Positions 38,629-47,068 of a stretch of DNA of 64,000 nucleotides are shown here, one piece after another. Position 1 is the first letter of the stretch. Each line of letters starts with the position of its first letter. Both the position numbers and the translations under genes were made by a program. The notes under the pieces were generated by a model. The model was not told the DNA's origin and did no database searches. It saw only the letters and a program-made list of their open reading frames with translations. The stretch is from the NCBI GenBank assembly GCA_964610465.1, contig CAZSWA010000004.1, positions 8,365-72,364 on the forward strand. Reading direction: 5' to 3'. This DNA comes from an uncultured Gammaproteobacteria bacterium (GTDB lineage: Bacteria; Patescibacteriota; Microgenomatia; Levybacterales; UBA12049).

Positions 38629-39213
38629 GTGGTTCATCCAGCTATCTGTGCGAAGGTGTTTGTGCTTGACCCTCAAGGGGTTGGTTCCCGCTTTGACCCG
38701 TTGCACGCCAACCTGACAGAAGACCAATTCTATGCCTCAGCCTCGCACCTGTTGTTTCAGCCTGACGAGGGAGAAGGAAGGATATTCACACAGCGCGCAA
38801 CAGTGATGCTGACGCAGATGTTTCTTGCAGCACGCGCCGAAGGTATGGCACCGCTGCCTTATACCCGTTATCTGGTTCGTTTGGGACTGGCAGGCACGGC
38901 AGCCCGACTCAACAGCGTCTCACCTGAGCTGGCAACGCAGTTTCTTGACGTTGAGTATTCCCAAGCAAACCTGACAGACAGGTTTCTACTCTCTTCTTGG
39001 GGAACCCTCACGGCGCGACTTCGCCCCTTATTAACAGAAACCGTCATTCGCTCGTTGAGTGGCACCGATTTTATGCCTTCTGACCTTATGACATCTGATG
39101 TACCAACTACTATCTATTTGCGCTGGCCTGAAAAAGACTTACTTCCGTTATCTCCATTGGTTCGGCTTTTGTGGGGTACATCGCCTGAATCCTGGAGAAG
39201 CACGCTTCCATGA
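38629..39213 (+). pseudogene. Type IV coupling protein (VirD4/TraG family) internal fragment
   Basis: 'VLDPQGVGSRFDPL' (cf. DPKGE ... RWNPL) followed by 'ASASHLLFQPDEGEGRIFTQRATVMLTQMFLAA' T4CP all-alpha region; no Walker A upstream, truncated C-terminus; overlapped by antisense ORF. Confidence 0.5.
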
Positions 39214-39296
39214 CCAGAAAGAACGTGGATAGAATACGTCAAACTCATTGTCACAGAGAGCGATGTGAGACTTAAATGTTGATGTCCGACTAAGAC

Positions 39297-39325
39297 TTGA
39301 CAAATATAGATATCAGTCCTATAAT
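39297..39325 (+). promoter_or_regulatory. Perfect-consensus sigma70 promoter TTGACA-17-TATAAT
   Basis: ttgaca 39297-39302, 17-nt spacer, tataat 39320-39325; ATG at 39336 about 10 nt downstream (leaderless-like). Confidence 0.6.
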
Positions 39326-39335
39326 AACATTATAT

Positions 39336-39545
39336 ATGCTTGAGAATGAAACAATCATACGGGATGCAATCTCCAAGAGAGATGCATTGATCCGTAAGTT
39401 AACGGAATATAGTAGACCAAATGAAATGAAGGAAGAAAGGGAAATGCAGCCATTAGTATTTGATGCTGTGGAACTCACTGCGGAATTAGTCGAAGACAAA
39501 GCCGAAGCTCATAGGCAAATTGCAGGCATATACCGATTGCATTAG
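39336..39545 (+). CDS. Small hypothetical protein (69 aa) driven by consensus promoter
   Basis: ATG immediately after predicted TSS; no SD. Confidence 0.4.
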   Translation: MLENETIIRDAISKRDALIRKLTEYSRPNEMKEEREMQPLVFDAVELTAELVEDKAEAHRQIAGIYRLH

Positions 39546-40087
39546 AGGGAATAAGGATACACGGAGGCTCTTCAAGACCTGGTAATGATCTGGATAACAT
39601 GAATAAAGGCTATTGGGATGGCTATCACCGCCATTTCATGGCGTACATGGAGAGCAAGCAACATACCCGCGAGACAAACCTCAGCCGATAAGCCTACACA
39701 TTTCTTCCCCTGAGTACACTTCATGGAAGACGCAAGAGGGGACAACCGCATACCCTAGGCTTTGACAATGCGCTCTGGAGCGAGCTTCTTGCTCCTCCAG
39801 CGAGCCGTTGTCCTTTTGGCCGGGTGAGGAGACGCGGCAATATATGGCAGCTCGTTTGGAAGCCATTGGCACTTACCAACCAAGCCCAAACAGAGGACTC
39901 TTGTAGCGAAGGTATGCCATGTAGCAGCCCAGTATGCAAGCTCAGCCCTTCTGACTGGAGATACCGTTTCCAAGACAACGCTTGAGAGGAAAAGGGAGCG
40001 CAAGAAACTGCTTGAGGAGGTTGAGAAGAGGAGAAGGGGGATATATAAGAAATTCTTGGAGAAGCAAGATGCTAAGCGATAAATGCG

Positions 40088-40369
40088 CTAACGCTTATCC
40101 CACGTATAGGCATCATGATTTTCACTTAAATCTACTGGCCCTTTGATGCCTTCACGCATCGCTAAGTGGGACAACTCCAAGAGCGCCTGAGCAGAGCGAT
40201 TCTGTTCAGGTTCTCGCAACCGTTCCAACATATCCAAACTCACAATGGCAAATTGCGGCTCGTTTTTACTCATGACAATGGTTGGCGTATGTGTCTTCTT
40301 GACCTCTTCAACCACTTTCTTGTAATTTCTTTGGACTTCTCGAATGTTTGTATAGTTAGTGCCACTCAT
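40088..40369 (-). CDS. Phd/YefM-type antitoxin-like protein
   Basis: 'TNIREVQRNYKKVVEEVKK...TPTIVMSKNEPQFAIVSLDMLERL' matches Phd/YefM N-terminal fold pattern. Confidence 0.5.
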   Translation of the reverse strand: MSGTNYTNIREVQRNYKKVVEEVKKTHTPTIVMSKNEPQFAIVSLDMLERLREPEQNRSAQALLELSHLAMREGIKGPVDLSENHDAYTWDKR

Positions 40370-40480
40370 ATGATATATTTTGATACAACTAGTATCATTA
40401 TGTGAATAAGTCTACATCATTTATGTCATTTTGTCAAATGTCAGTGATATTCGACAATTGAATGGCAAATTTATTGGCAC

Positions 40481-40509
40481 TTGACATTTGTGCTTAAAAT
40501 CTATACAAT
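40481..40509 (+). promoter_or_regulatory. Sigma70-like promoter TTGACA-17-TACAAT upstream of PIN gene
   Basis: ttgaca 40481-40486, tacaat 40504-40509, ATG 40518 (leaderless-like). Confidence 0.55.
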
Positions 40510-40517
40510 TATGCGTA

Positions 40518-40955
40518 ATGAGGAACATTGTTGTTATAGTAGATTCAGATGCCATTATCTCTCTTGTAAATCCTGCCGATGCTAACAAACAAAGAGCAGC
40601 CTATATACTTACCAAATTCCAACAAATGAAGGCCAATCTGTACTTCCCAGCCACTACCATCGTTGAGGCAATTACCACATGTCAGAGAACATTGTCATCA
40701 CCAGTTCTTACCAATGCCATGTTTGATAAAGTGAAGAGACATGAGTTGTCCATACTGCAAGTTGACGAGGAAGTTATCGCCTTAGCAACTAGCTTATTCA
40801 GTCCTGATGGATCAAAACAAAATACATTCTTTGATGCAGTGGTTGCTGCTATGGCGAGACAGTATAAAGCAGATGCAATATTCAGCTTTGATAAATGGTA
40901 CATTAAGATTGGCCTAACTAACGCTGAAGACTATTTAGAGGCATTTATAAGGTGA
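40518..40955 (+). CDS. PIN-domain (VapC-like) ribonuclease
   Basis: 'IVVIVDSDAIISL' N-terminal acidic motif, 'FFDAVVAA' and 'FSFDKWY' distal acidic residues; start chosen at internal Met following promoter. Confidence 0.6.
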   Translation: MRNIVVIVDSDAIISLVNPADANKQRAAYILTKFQQMKANLYFPATTIVEAITTCQRTLSSPVLTNAMFDKVKRHELSILQVDEEVIALATSLFSPDGSKQNTFFDAVVAAMARQYKADAIFSFDKWYIKIGLTNAEDYLEAFIR

Positions 40956-41132
40956 TGTATTCGGAAAGATAGTGGTCAAACTGTGAAAATATGCCAGAAT
41001 TGTGGAGGGGAATATAAGGGTCATTCCGCAATTAGTAGGAAAGACAAAAATGCACCCGTTTGCTCCAAGTGCCATCTTCTTGAAGTGCTGACTCCCTATG
41101 CAAGCTGGAGCAAGCAACATAAAGGAGCCTGA

Positions 41133-41342
41133 TTATTCCCCTGCTTTCTCCCTTTCCCCTCTCCTCAGAGCTCCAGTTACTACCTCTTCATACATCTCAA
41201 ACACGCGGTCTATCACGTCAGGATACTTTCGAAGCTCTTCCACAGGGTTTGCCTTGCCAAAGGGCGTGCCTCTGTCTTTAAGCCATTGATACATCTTGCC
41301 AATGGCTTGCACCTTGTCATCTTGTGCTGGCGTGAGTGACAC
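41133..41342 (-). CDS. Small hypothetical protein (69 aa, GTG start), paralog of upstream gene
   Basis: 'VSLTPAQDDKVQAIGKMYQWLKDRG' aligns with 'MSVTPKQQDELDSIGFMSQYLTEHG'; start 1 nt after neighbour's stop. Confidence 0.45.
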   Translation of the reverse strand: MSLTPAQDDKVQAIGKMYQWLKDRGTPFGKANPVEELRKYPDVIDRVFEMYEEVVTGALRRGEREKAGE

Positions 41343-41343
41343 G

Positions 41344-41559
41344 TTACACCTCCTGAGTGGCGTTGTACTCCTGTCTCCTTGCCACAGCACTCTCGACCGT
41401 TGCTTTGACGAGTGCGTAGTAGTCGCTGATGAAATCAGGGTCAGCTTCAAGCCATTCCCGCCACGGAATACCAAGCGCCGGATAGCCGTGTTCAGTTAAG
41501 TATTGAGACATGAAGCCGATGCTATCCAGCTCATCCTGTTGCTTCGGTGTTACGCTCAC
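41344..41559 (-). CDS. Small hypothetical protein (71 aa), tandem paralog
   Basis: See above. Confidence 0.45.
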   Translation of the reverse strand: MSVTPKQQDELDSIGFMSQYLTEHGYPALGIPWREWLEADPDFISDYYALVKATVESAVARRQEYNATQEV

Positions 41560-41988
41560 AGCTCACCTGACTTTCCGTCGCGTGCCCAACAATGCTACAA
41601 CAGACGGTACGTGCAGCAAGTTCAAGTCCACGTCGGAGGCTGCCCAAGACGACCAAGGAAGGACATGCAGAAGCGGTGGCATATGTGGTTGGCAACGCAT
41701 TTCGGCCTGCTGTCACCAAACAGCGCTGATTACCTCACCATGTGGGGCAATACACCTGAAGCGTTGAAACGCGAACTGGGAGTGGTGACAGATGCGGCCT
41801 CACACAGCATTCATGCTATCCACTGCCTCAACTCGGCGAGGCGCAATCCCACGATGGAGAAGTGCCTGGGTGAAGAAGAACTGTACGACGAGCACGTCAG
41901 GCACTTATCCTGCCCTGTTCTCGTCTCGTTTGTCGGGAGAGACCGCTTCCGCACCCGATTGGTTGCCTTTTCCCAAAGCGGCTGAGGC

Positions 41989-43158
41989 ATGGTACACTGG
42001 AGTACGCGTCATTCGACGACTCCGATTTCCCTATTACGGAGTTGGGCACACATGAAACCGATGACGGATGCGCTTGCCCTTTGGAACAGCCTCGACGACT
42101 CCTACCTCGAACCCTCAGACGTCGAGCGTTCGCTAACCTCGCCCTTTGATCCCGTCTGGCAGATGGACCAGAATGGAATCGTGACCGCGGTCAATTCGCT
42201 TGCTCTATGGCTGTGGGGAGCGCCACACGTTGCCAGGGGCATAGACTCACTTTCGGTGTTGGGAGAGAGCTTTTTTGTGGTCGTGGCGCGGAACGAGGGC
42301 CGGATTCCGAATACGAAAGAGACCTTGGCGACGAGAACGGAGTTCTGGGCGGCAGTGTTCCGCTTGGAACATCATTTCTCCGCGCATCGTGCTTCTCCAC
42401 TAGCAGTTGTACGCGCTGCACAGCCCTCATTGCAGCGGCTTTACCAGAACCTCGACATGGACGACCTGGATCACGTGTCAGTTTTCCCGATGACATTGGT
42501 CTCTCCATCTTCGTCTGAGGAACCTAACTTGCGGTTCGAGGTGATGATCTCGGGCATCATTTCAGACGACCATCCGGCTGGATTTCTTGTCCAATGTGGT
42601 GCGAGCAATAACAACACTTCCTTCATTTTGGAGAAATGGTATAATATACTAACATATGGTGGAAATGACAAAGATAACTATGTAAGATACCTAAACGATG
42701 GAGGAGGTGTAACGCACGGAACAAAGATGAAGGAGAAAGATACATCACAGGTGCCAAGTCAATCCGAAGAAGGAGATACGTGGCGCAATCTGCTTGGCCC
42801 ATTGCTGAATTACCGGCAAGTGGAGCAGGTTCTAAAACCAGCATATGGCGAGAGCATTCGTGATTTGGTTGGGAAGAGACGCCTTATTGCCCTCCCGACA
42901 AGAGAGGGAGAGGTGGTGTACCCTGGGTTCCAATTCACAAGCGAAGGGCAAGTACTCAACGAAGTTGGTTCAGTGCTGCGTGCCTTCAGCGAAGCAATTG
43001 GTGATGAGGAAATATTGCAGTATACGACGGCCTCGTGGTTCAAGAGCGGACAACGCTATCTTGAGGGAATGACTCCGATGCAGTGGATTGAGCAGAAGCG
43101 CAGCCCAAGAAGGTTGAAAGAGGCTGCGAATATCACTGCGGCCCACTTGGCTCAGTAA
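41989..43158 (+). CDS. Hypothetical protein with C-terminal Xre/MbcA(DUF2384)-like antitoxin segment
   Basis: C-terminal 'WFKSGQRYLEGMTPMQWIEQKRSPRRLKEAANI' resembles DUF2384 'W...LgG.tP..l' motif; immediately upstream of RES fragment; true start may be Met at ~42052. Confidence 0.4.
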   Translation: MVHWSTRHSTTPISLLRSWAHMKPMTDALALWNSLDDSYLEPSDVERSLTSPFDPVWQMDQNGIVTAVNSLALWLWGAPHVARGIDSLSVLGESFFVVVARNEGRIPNTKETLATRTEFWAAVFRLEHHFSAHRASPLAVVRAAQPSLQRLYQNLDMDDLDHVSVFPMTLVSPSSSEEPNLRFEVMISGIISDDHPAGFLVQCGASNNNTSFILEKWYNILTYGGNDKDNYVRYLNDGGGVTHGTKMKEKDTSQVPSQSEEGDTWRNLLGPLLNYRQVEQVLKPAYGESIRDLVGKRRLIALPTREGEVVYPGFQFTSEGQVLNEVGSVLRAFSEAIGDEEILQYTTASWFKSGQRYLEGMTPMQWIEQKRSPRRLKEAANITAAHLAQ

Positions 43159-43188
43159 AATTGAGATATTAATGAAACCTAATGGAAA

Positions 43189-43575
43189 GTGGCGTACGGC
43201 ACAAATTCGATTCAAGTGAGGAGAATCGTGGGTTTTCTGGGACATCCCCCACCACCTAACGGGCTCATGAATTTTCCTCGTTTCAACTTGGAGCCGTTGC
43301 CTTTGTACCGCGCTCATTGGGCTTTCCACAAACCTTGGTGGTTCGGATACATCTCGCGCAACAAGAAGTCGGGCCGTTTTGACCTTCCTCTGCCTCATGG
43401 CACCTGCTATTCGGCAACCGACGAACTCGGGGCCTTCATTGAGAAATTCCAAGACCTTGACGTCAATCTGCGGAAATTGATAGACGCCTCAAACATGTCA
43501 ACTCTCTCTGTTCCTTCGCCCGTGACCCTATGTCAGGAGACTGCCAATGGTTACCAGTCCCATGCTAACAGGTAA
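43189..43575 (+). pseudogene. RES-domain toxin, N-terminal part (possibly frameshifted; continuation in +1 frame to ~43741)
   Basis: 'SGRFDLPLPHGTCYSATDELGAFIE' = GRW...Y.A...A..E RES core; stops at 43575, overlapping ORF 43547..43741 may be frameshifted remainder. Confidence 0.5.
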
Positions 43576-43888
43576 AGAAATAGCAATTGTATGGAATGGT
43601 TCGGATATAAACCATTGCCATAGGAACATGAGGACAAGTCCGTACACGAAAATGTCCAAGACCAACGCTGCTAGGCCTACAACCAATCCTCCCAAGGTCT
43701 TCATTGTGCTCCACCTTTTGGAGCTGTCGCAACCACTATGAGTAGCGACCCTAATGACTCTTTCGGAATCACCAGGGAACTACCCACAAGGATATGGATT
43801 ATAATCATTTCTTATCAATGTGCAAACGAACAAAGTTTATCAGAATGCTACTCGGTTGTCAATACTATAAGACTATTTGATTGAGGTA

Positions 43889-44338
43889 TTACTGTTTAAG
43901 AGGGGTTATACCTGTTACATCTTCCAATCGTTCAATGCGTTGTCTATGGTTTTCCACCTCTCTTATTAGTTCACTGTTTATTTCTGCCAAATCTCTTACC
44001 TCTCTTGTAATATCATTTTTTAATTCTTCCTTTGCTGAATCTATTTTTGCAGATAATCTTTTTTCCAAGCTTTTCTCTGATGCTTGGATTTCCTGTCGTG
44101 TATAATCACGCAGTTTTTCATTATTTGCTTCAAGTAATTTCTGTATTTGGTTTATGTCATCTCTTGTCATACTTTCTAATATATAACTTTTGCCTATCCT
44201 AATCAACAAACAAAAGTGTAAGAAAAATTTAATTTTATTCTTTCTCTGAGCCTTTTTTGGTTGAAGGAATAAAAGCAGAAAGTATTGTACCGGCAAGCAT
44301 GAAGAAAAGCGCATTCTTAAATGCTTCTTTGGATGCAT
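43889..44338 (-). CDS. Coiled-coil hypothetical protein (likely starts at internal Met ~44165)
   Basis: Heptad-rich 'EKSLEKRLSAKIDSAKEELKNDITREVRDLAEINSELIREVENHRQRIERLE'. Confidence 0.4.
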   Translation of the reverse strand: MHPKKHLRMRFSSCLPVQYFLLLFLQPKKAQRKNKIKFFLHFCLLIRIGKSYILESMTRDDINQIQKLLEANNEKLRDYTRQEIQASEKSLEKRLSAKIDSAKEELKNDITREVRDLAEINSELIREVENHRQRIERLEDVTGITPLKQ

Positions 44339-45875
44339 CTACAATAGATTGATTCACATCATTTTTTACAGAAGATGCAATTGCCGGAAAACGATTAATA
44401 CCTGAGACTGAATAACTTTGCCCCTGACTTTCTATATTGATATTTTTGAGTTGTGCAATAATAGGTTGCTTTATCACAGGTGAAATATGTGTATCCTGTT
44501 TGATATAGGTATCTAACCGCATTGTAAGAGAAGTTGCAAGGATTGTCCCGATAATTGCAGTTCCTATACTTGACCCAATTTGCCGCATAGTAGCATTGGC
44601 AGCCGATGCTTCTCCTGCAAGTTGCAAAGGCGCAGAAGATAGTACGACATTCGTCAGCTGTGCAGATGCCATTCCAATACCAAGCCCAAACACCATAAAA
44701 GCAGGAGTAAGACTAAGTGGAGTTGCAGAAATACTAAGTGAGTTCATAAGGAGAAAATCTCCTAGTGCAAACATCAACATACCAAAAGTAACTACCCATT
44801 TTGGTGAAATGCGGGAAGCGACAAAACCTGTAATTGAACCAACTATAAATGACGCAATTGATGAAGGAAGAAATACAAGTCCTGTCTGAAATGCAGTAAG
44901 CCCGAGAACTTTTTGTAAATAAATAGGCAAGATAAAAAAAGTACCTATTTGCCCTAATGAAATAATGCCAACAGTGAGAAGACCTAGCGTAAACCCAATA
45001 TTTTTGAAAAGACTGGGTTTTAGTAACGGAGCTTGCTTTTTTCTCTCTTCAATAAATTCAGTTATAATAAATGCGCTGATAAATACTGCTGCAATTGCAA
45101 ACGCAAAAGGGATAACCGAAATAGTGGAAAAAGGCCAAGACCAAGTCCCGATACTAAATGGTTTTGCAGGATTCCACCATCCATAATTTCTTCCTTCAAT
45201 AATTGCGAAAATCAAACTAAAAAAGCCGATTCCTGAAAAAAAAGTCCCAAGCCAATCAAATCTTCCTTCTTTGGCAACTTTTGATTCTTTGATAAAAACT
45301 GAACCAAGGATAGCGATGATAGCAACAAGGACATTAATACGAAGCGACCATCTCCATGATGCATATGTGGTCAGATATCCTCCAAGAAGTGGTCCGACAG
45401 CAGCTGATGCGCCGGCAACTGAACCCCAGATACCAAATGCAATCGCGCGTTCTCTTCCTTGAAACTCACTTGCTAAGAGAGAGAGAGAAGAAGTAAGCAT
45501 CATTGCTGCACCAATTGCTTCGATAAATGCTTCACCAAAAAAAAGGATATATACATTGAGAGAGATTGAGGCAATAAATGATCCTATGGCAAAAAATACT
45601 GTTCCCAAAAGAAATATTTTTTTTCGCCCAAACAAATCTCCCAAACGTCCAACTGTAATAAGAAGTGTTGCAATAATAAGCGCATATCCTGAAACAACCC
45701 ATTGCATGGCATCAAAAGTAGTATTCAAATCACGAAGAATATAGGGAATTGCTACGTTTAAAACAGTGTTATCAATAATTACTATTGCGAGTCCTAAGGA
45801 AAGAAATACAAGAGCAAGCCAGCGATATTTGACAGATGAAAGGTCAGCTAACTTCATACTAAACAGAATCAGCAC
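44235..45875 (-). CDS. MFS transporter, DHA2-like 14-TM drug:H+ antiporter family
   Basis: 'GRLGDLFGRKK' MFS motif A; 14 hydrophobic segments. Confidence 0.8.
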   Translation of the reverse strand: MLILFSMKLADLSSVKYRWLALVFLSLGLAIVIIDNTVLNVAIPYILRDLNTTFDAMQWVVSGYALIIATLLITVGRLGDLFGRKKIFLLGTVFFAIGSFIASISLNVYILFFGEAFIEAIGAAMMLTSSLSLLASEFQGRERAIAFGIWGSVAGASAAVGPLLGGYLTTYASWRWSLRINVLVAIIAILGSVFIKESKVAKEGRFDWLGTFFSGIGFFSLIFAIIEGRNYGWWNPAKPFSIGTWSWPFSTISVIPFAFAIAAVFISAFIITEFIEERKKQAPLLKPSLFKNIGFTLGLLTVGIISLGQIGTFFILPIYLQKVLGLTAFQTGLVFLPSSIASFIVGSITGFVASRISPKWVVTFGMLMFALGDFLLMNSLSISATPLSLTPAFMVFGLGIGMASAQLTNVVLSSAPLQLAGEASAANATMRQIGSSIGTAIIGTILATSLTMRLDTYIKQDTHISPVIKQPIIAQLKNINIESQGQSYSVSGINRFPAIASSVKNDVNQSIVDASKEAFKNALFFMLAGTILSAFIPSTKKGSEKE

Positions 45876-45962
45876 TCTAATTCCTTTGCATAAATGTAGA
45901 ATGAAAATATGATAATAAAAAGGAAAGAATATATCAATGGTAAAAGTAAAAGAAAGATGAAA

Positions 45963-46952
45963 CTAATTAGTAAAGTAACTATTGATAGGAAGCAAGCTTG
46001 CAATACTGACTATTTTTGAGGTATCTGAACGATTAAGAAGATCTGAAATTTTGACAAAAGTAAATTCTCTCTTCTTTAAATCATCAATAATTATGGGTAA
46101 TGCATCAGCTGTGTTTGGGGTATTCTCAGGACCACCAAGATGCATCACAATGATTGAACCATTGTCTACATGACTTTCAACATTGTGAACTATAGAAACA
46201 GTATTTTTGTTAAACCCATCGTTGGCTACAACATCCCAATGGACTACTTTAAGATTCTCCTTAGAAGTAAGTGTTAAATCTTTTTGTGAGTAACAGCCAC
46301 CTGGAAAACGGAAATATTTATTTTGAGTACCTGTATATTCCTTCAAAAGTTTTTGTGTCTTTTCTATTTCGTCTTTATCTTGACTTGATGAAATCTGAGG
46401 TAAACCATAACAAAACCCCGAGAAGGATGGATGAGAGTAGGAATGATTTCCAAGTTCTAGAAGCGGATTTTTTGCAAATGCTGAGACTATATCGGGATAT
46501 AATTCAATCCACATACCTGTCAAAAAGATAGTGGCTTTGGTATTAGTACTATCCAACACGTCAGTTACCCGCTTGTCATAATAGGTTGATGCTTTTTTTG
46601 ATTTAAGCAGCAACATCATACCTGGTGTCATATCCGCATCGAAAGTAAGTGCTATTTCTTTTTTGTCTCTTGGACCATGAAGATATATTTGCTGGTTTGC
46701 AGTCTGATTTTTTGAATCGATGTTTTCAGCATCTTGTTTCAATGGCATATTTAATGATCTTGTAAAAAAAGCGGATGAAGATTGTAGTTGAGAAACCTGC
46801 TCGCTGGATGGAAGAAGAAGAGTAAAAATCAAACTATCCAAAAAAAGGACAAGGAAAAAAGTAAAAAATGCGAGATGAATACGTAAAGAAGTTTTCTTGT
46901 TTTTATGTTTTCTTTGAAAAATAACAATTTCTTTTGTTTTCTTTTGTTGCAT
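45963..46952 (-). CDS. Membrane-anchored polysaccharide deacetylase (CE4/NodB)
   Basis: 'ALTFDADMTPG', 'HSYSHP', 'HLGG' NodB motifs; N-terminal TM. Confidence 0.7.
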   Translation of the reverse strand: MQQKKTKEIVIFQRKHKNKKTSLRIHLAFFTFFLVLFLDSLIFTLLLPSSEQVSQLQSSSAFFTRSLNMPLKQDAENIDSKNQTANQQIYLHGPRDKKEIALTFDADMTPGMMLLLKSKKASTYYDKRVTDVLDSTNTKATIFLTGMWIELYPDIVSAFAKNPLLELGNHSYSHPSFSGFCYGLPQISSSQDKDEIEKTQKLLKEYTGTQNKYFRFPGGCYSQKDLTLTSKENLKVVHWDVVANDGFNKNTVSIVHNVESHVDNGSIIVMHLGGPENTPNTADALPIIIDDLKKREFTFVKISDLLNRSDTSKIVSIASLLPINSYFTN

Positions 46953-47068
46953 TATAGAAATGGTAAGCGGACATTATTCTAGATCATGTTTAAAATACGA
47001 TGCAATAGGCAATATACTTTCCCCGTATAGACTTTTTCAAAAAAAGTATATAATAAAATTATCACTAA

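Larger units (their letters stand above)
37681..43795. mobile_element. ~6.1-kb GC-rich (~55% vs ~33%) foreign island flanked by 12-13 bp direct repeats; decayed conjugative/TA cargo
   Basis: Sharp compositional shift at both ends; flanking TGGATTATAA(A)TC at 37668-37680 and 43796-43807; T4CP fragment, RES fragments, PIN, Phd/YefM-like, Xre-like genes; many overlapping spurious ORFs typical of high-GC DNA. Confidence 0.6.

Noticed and set aside
38203-38727. 174-aa minus-strand ORF and other overlapping ORFs in the island (38226..38471, 38272..38520, 38868..39065, 39681..40003, 41098..41985, 42191..43452)
   Set aside because: High-GC DNA yields long spurious ORFs. These overlap the T4CP fragment or each other on both strands and show no motifs. 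They are treated as non-coding or decayed.
41989-43575. A single RES gene split by site-specific integration of a circular element (attP inside the gene)
   Set aside because: The left-end and right-end RES fragments overlap in homologous but non-identical sequence (~25 aa). They are therefore two different decayed copies, not two halves of one gene.
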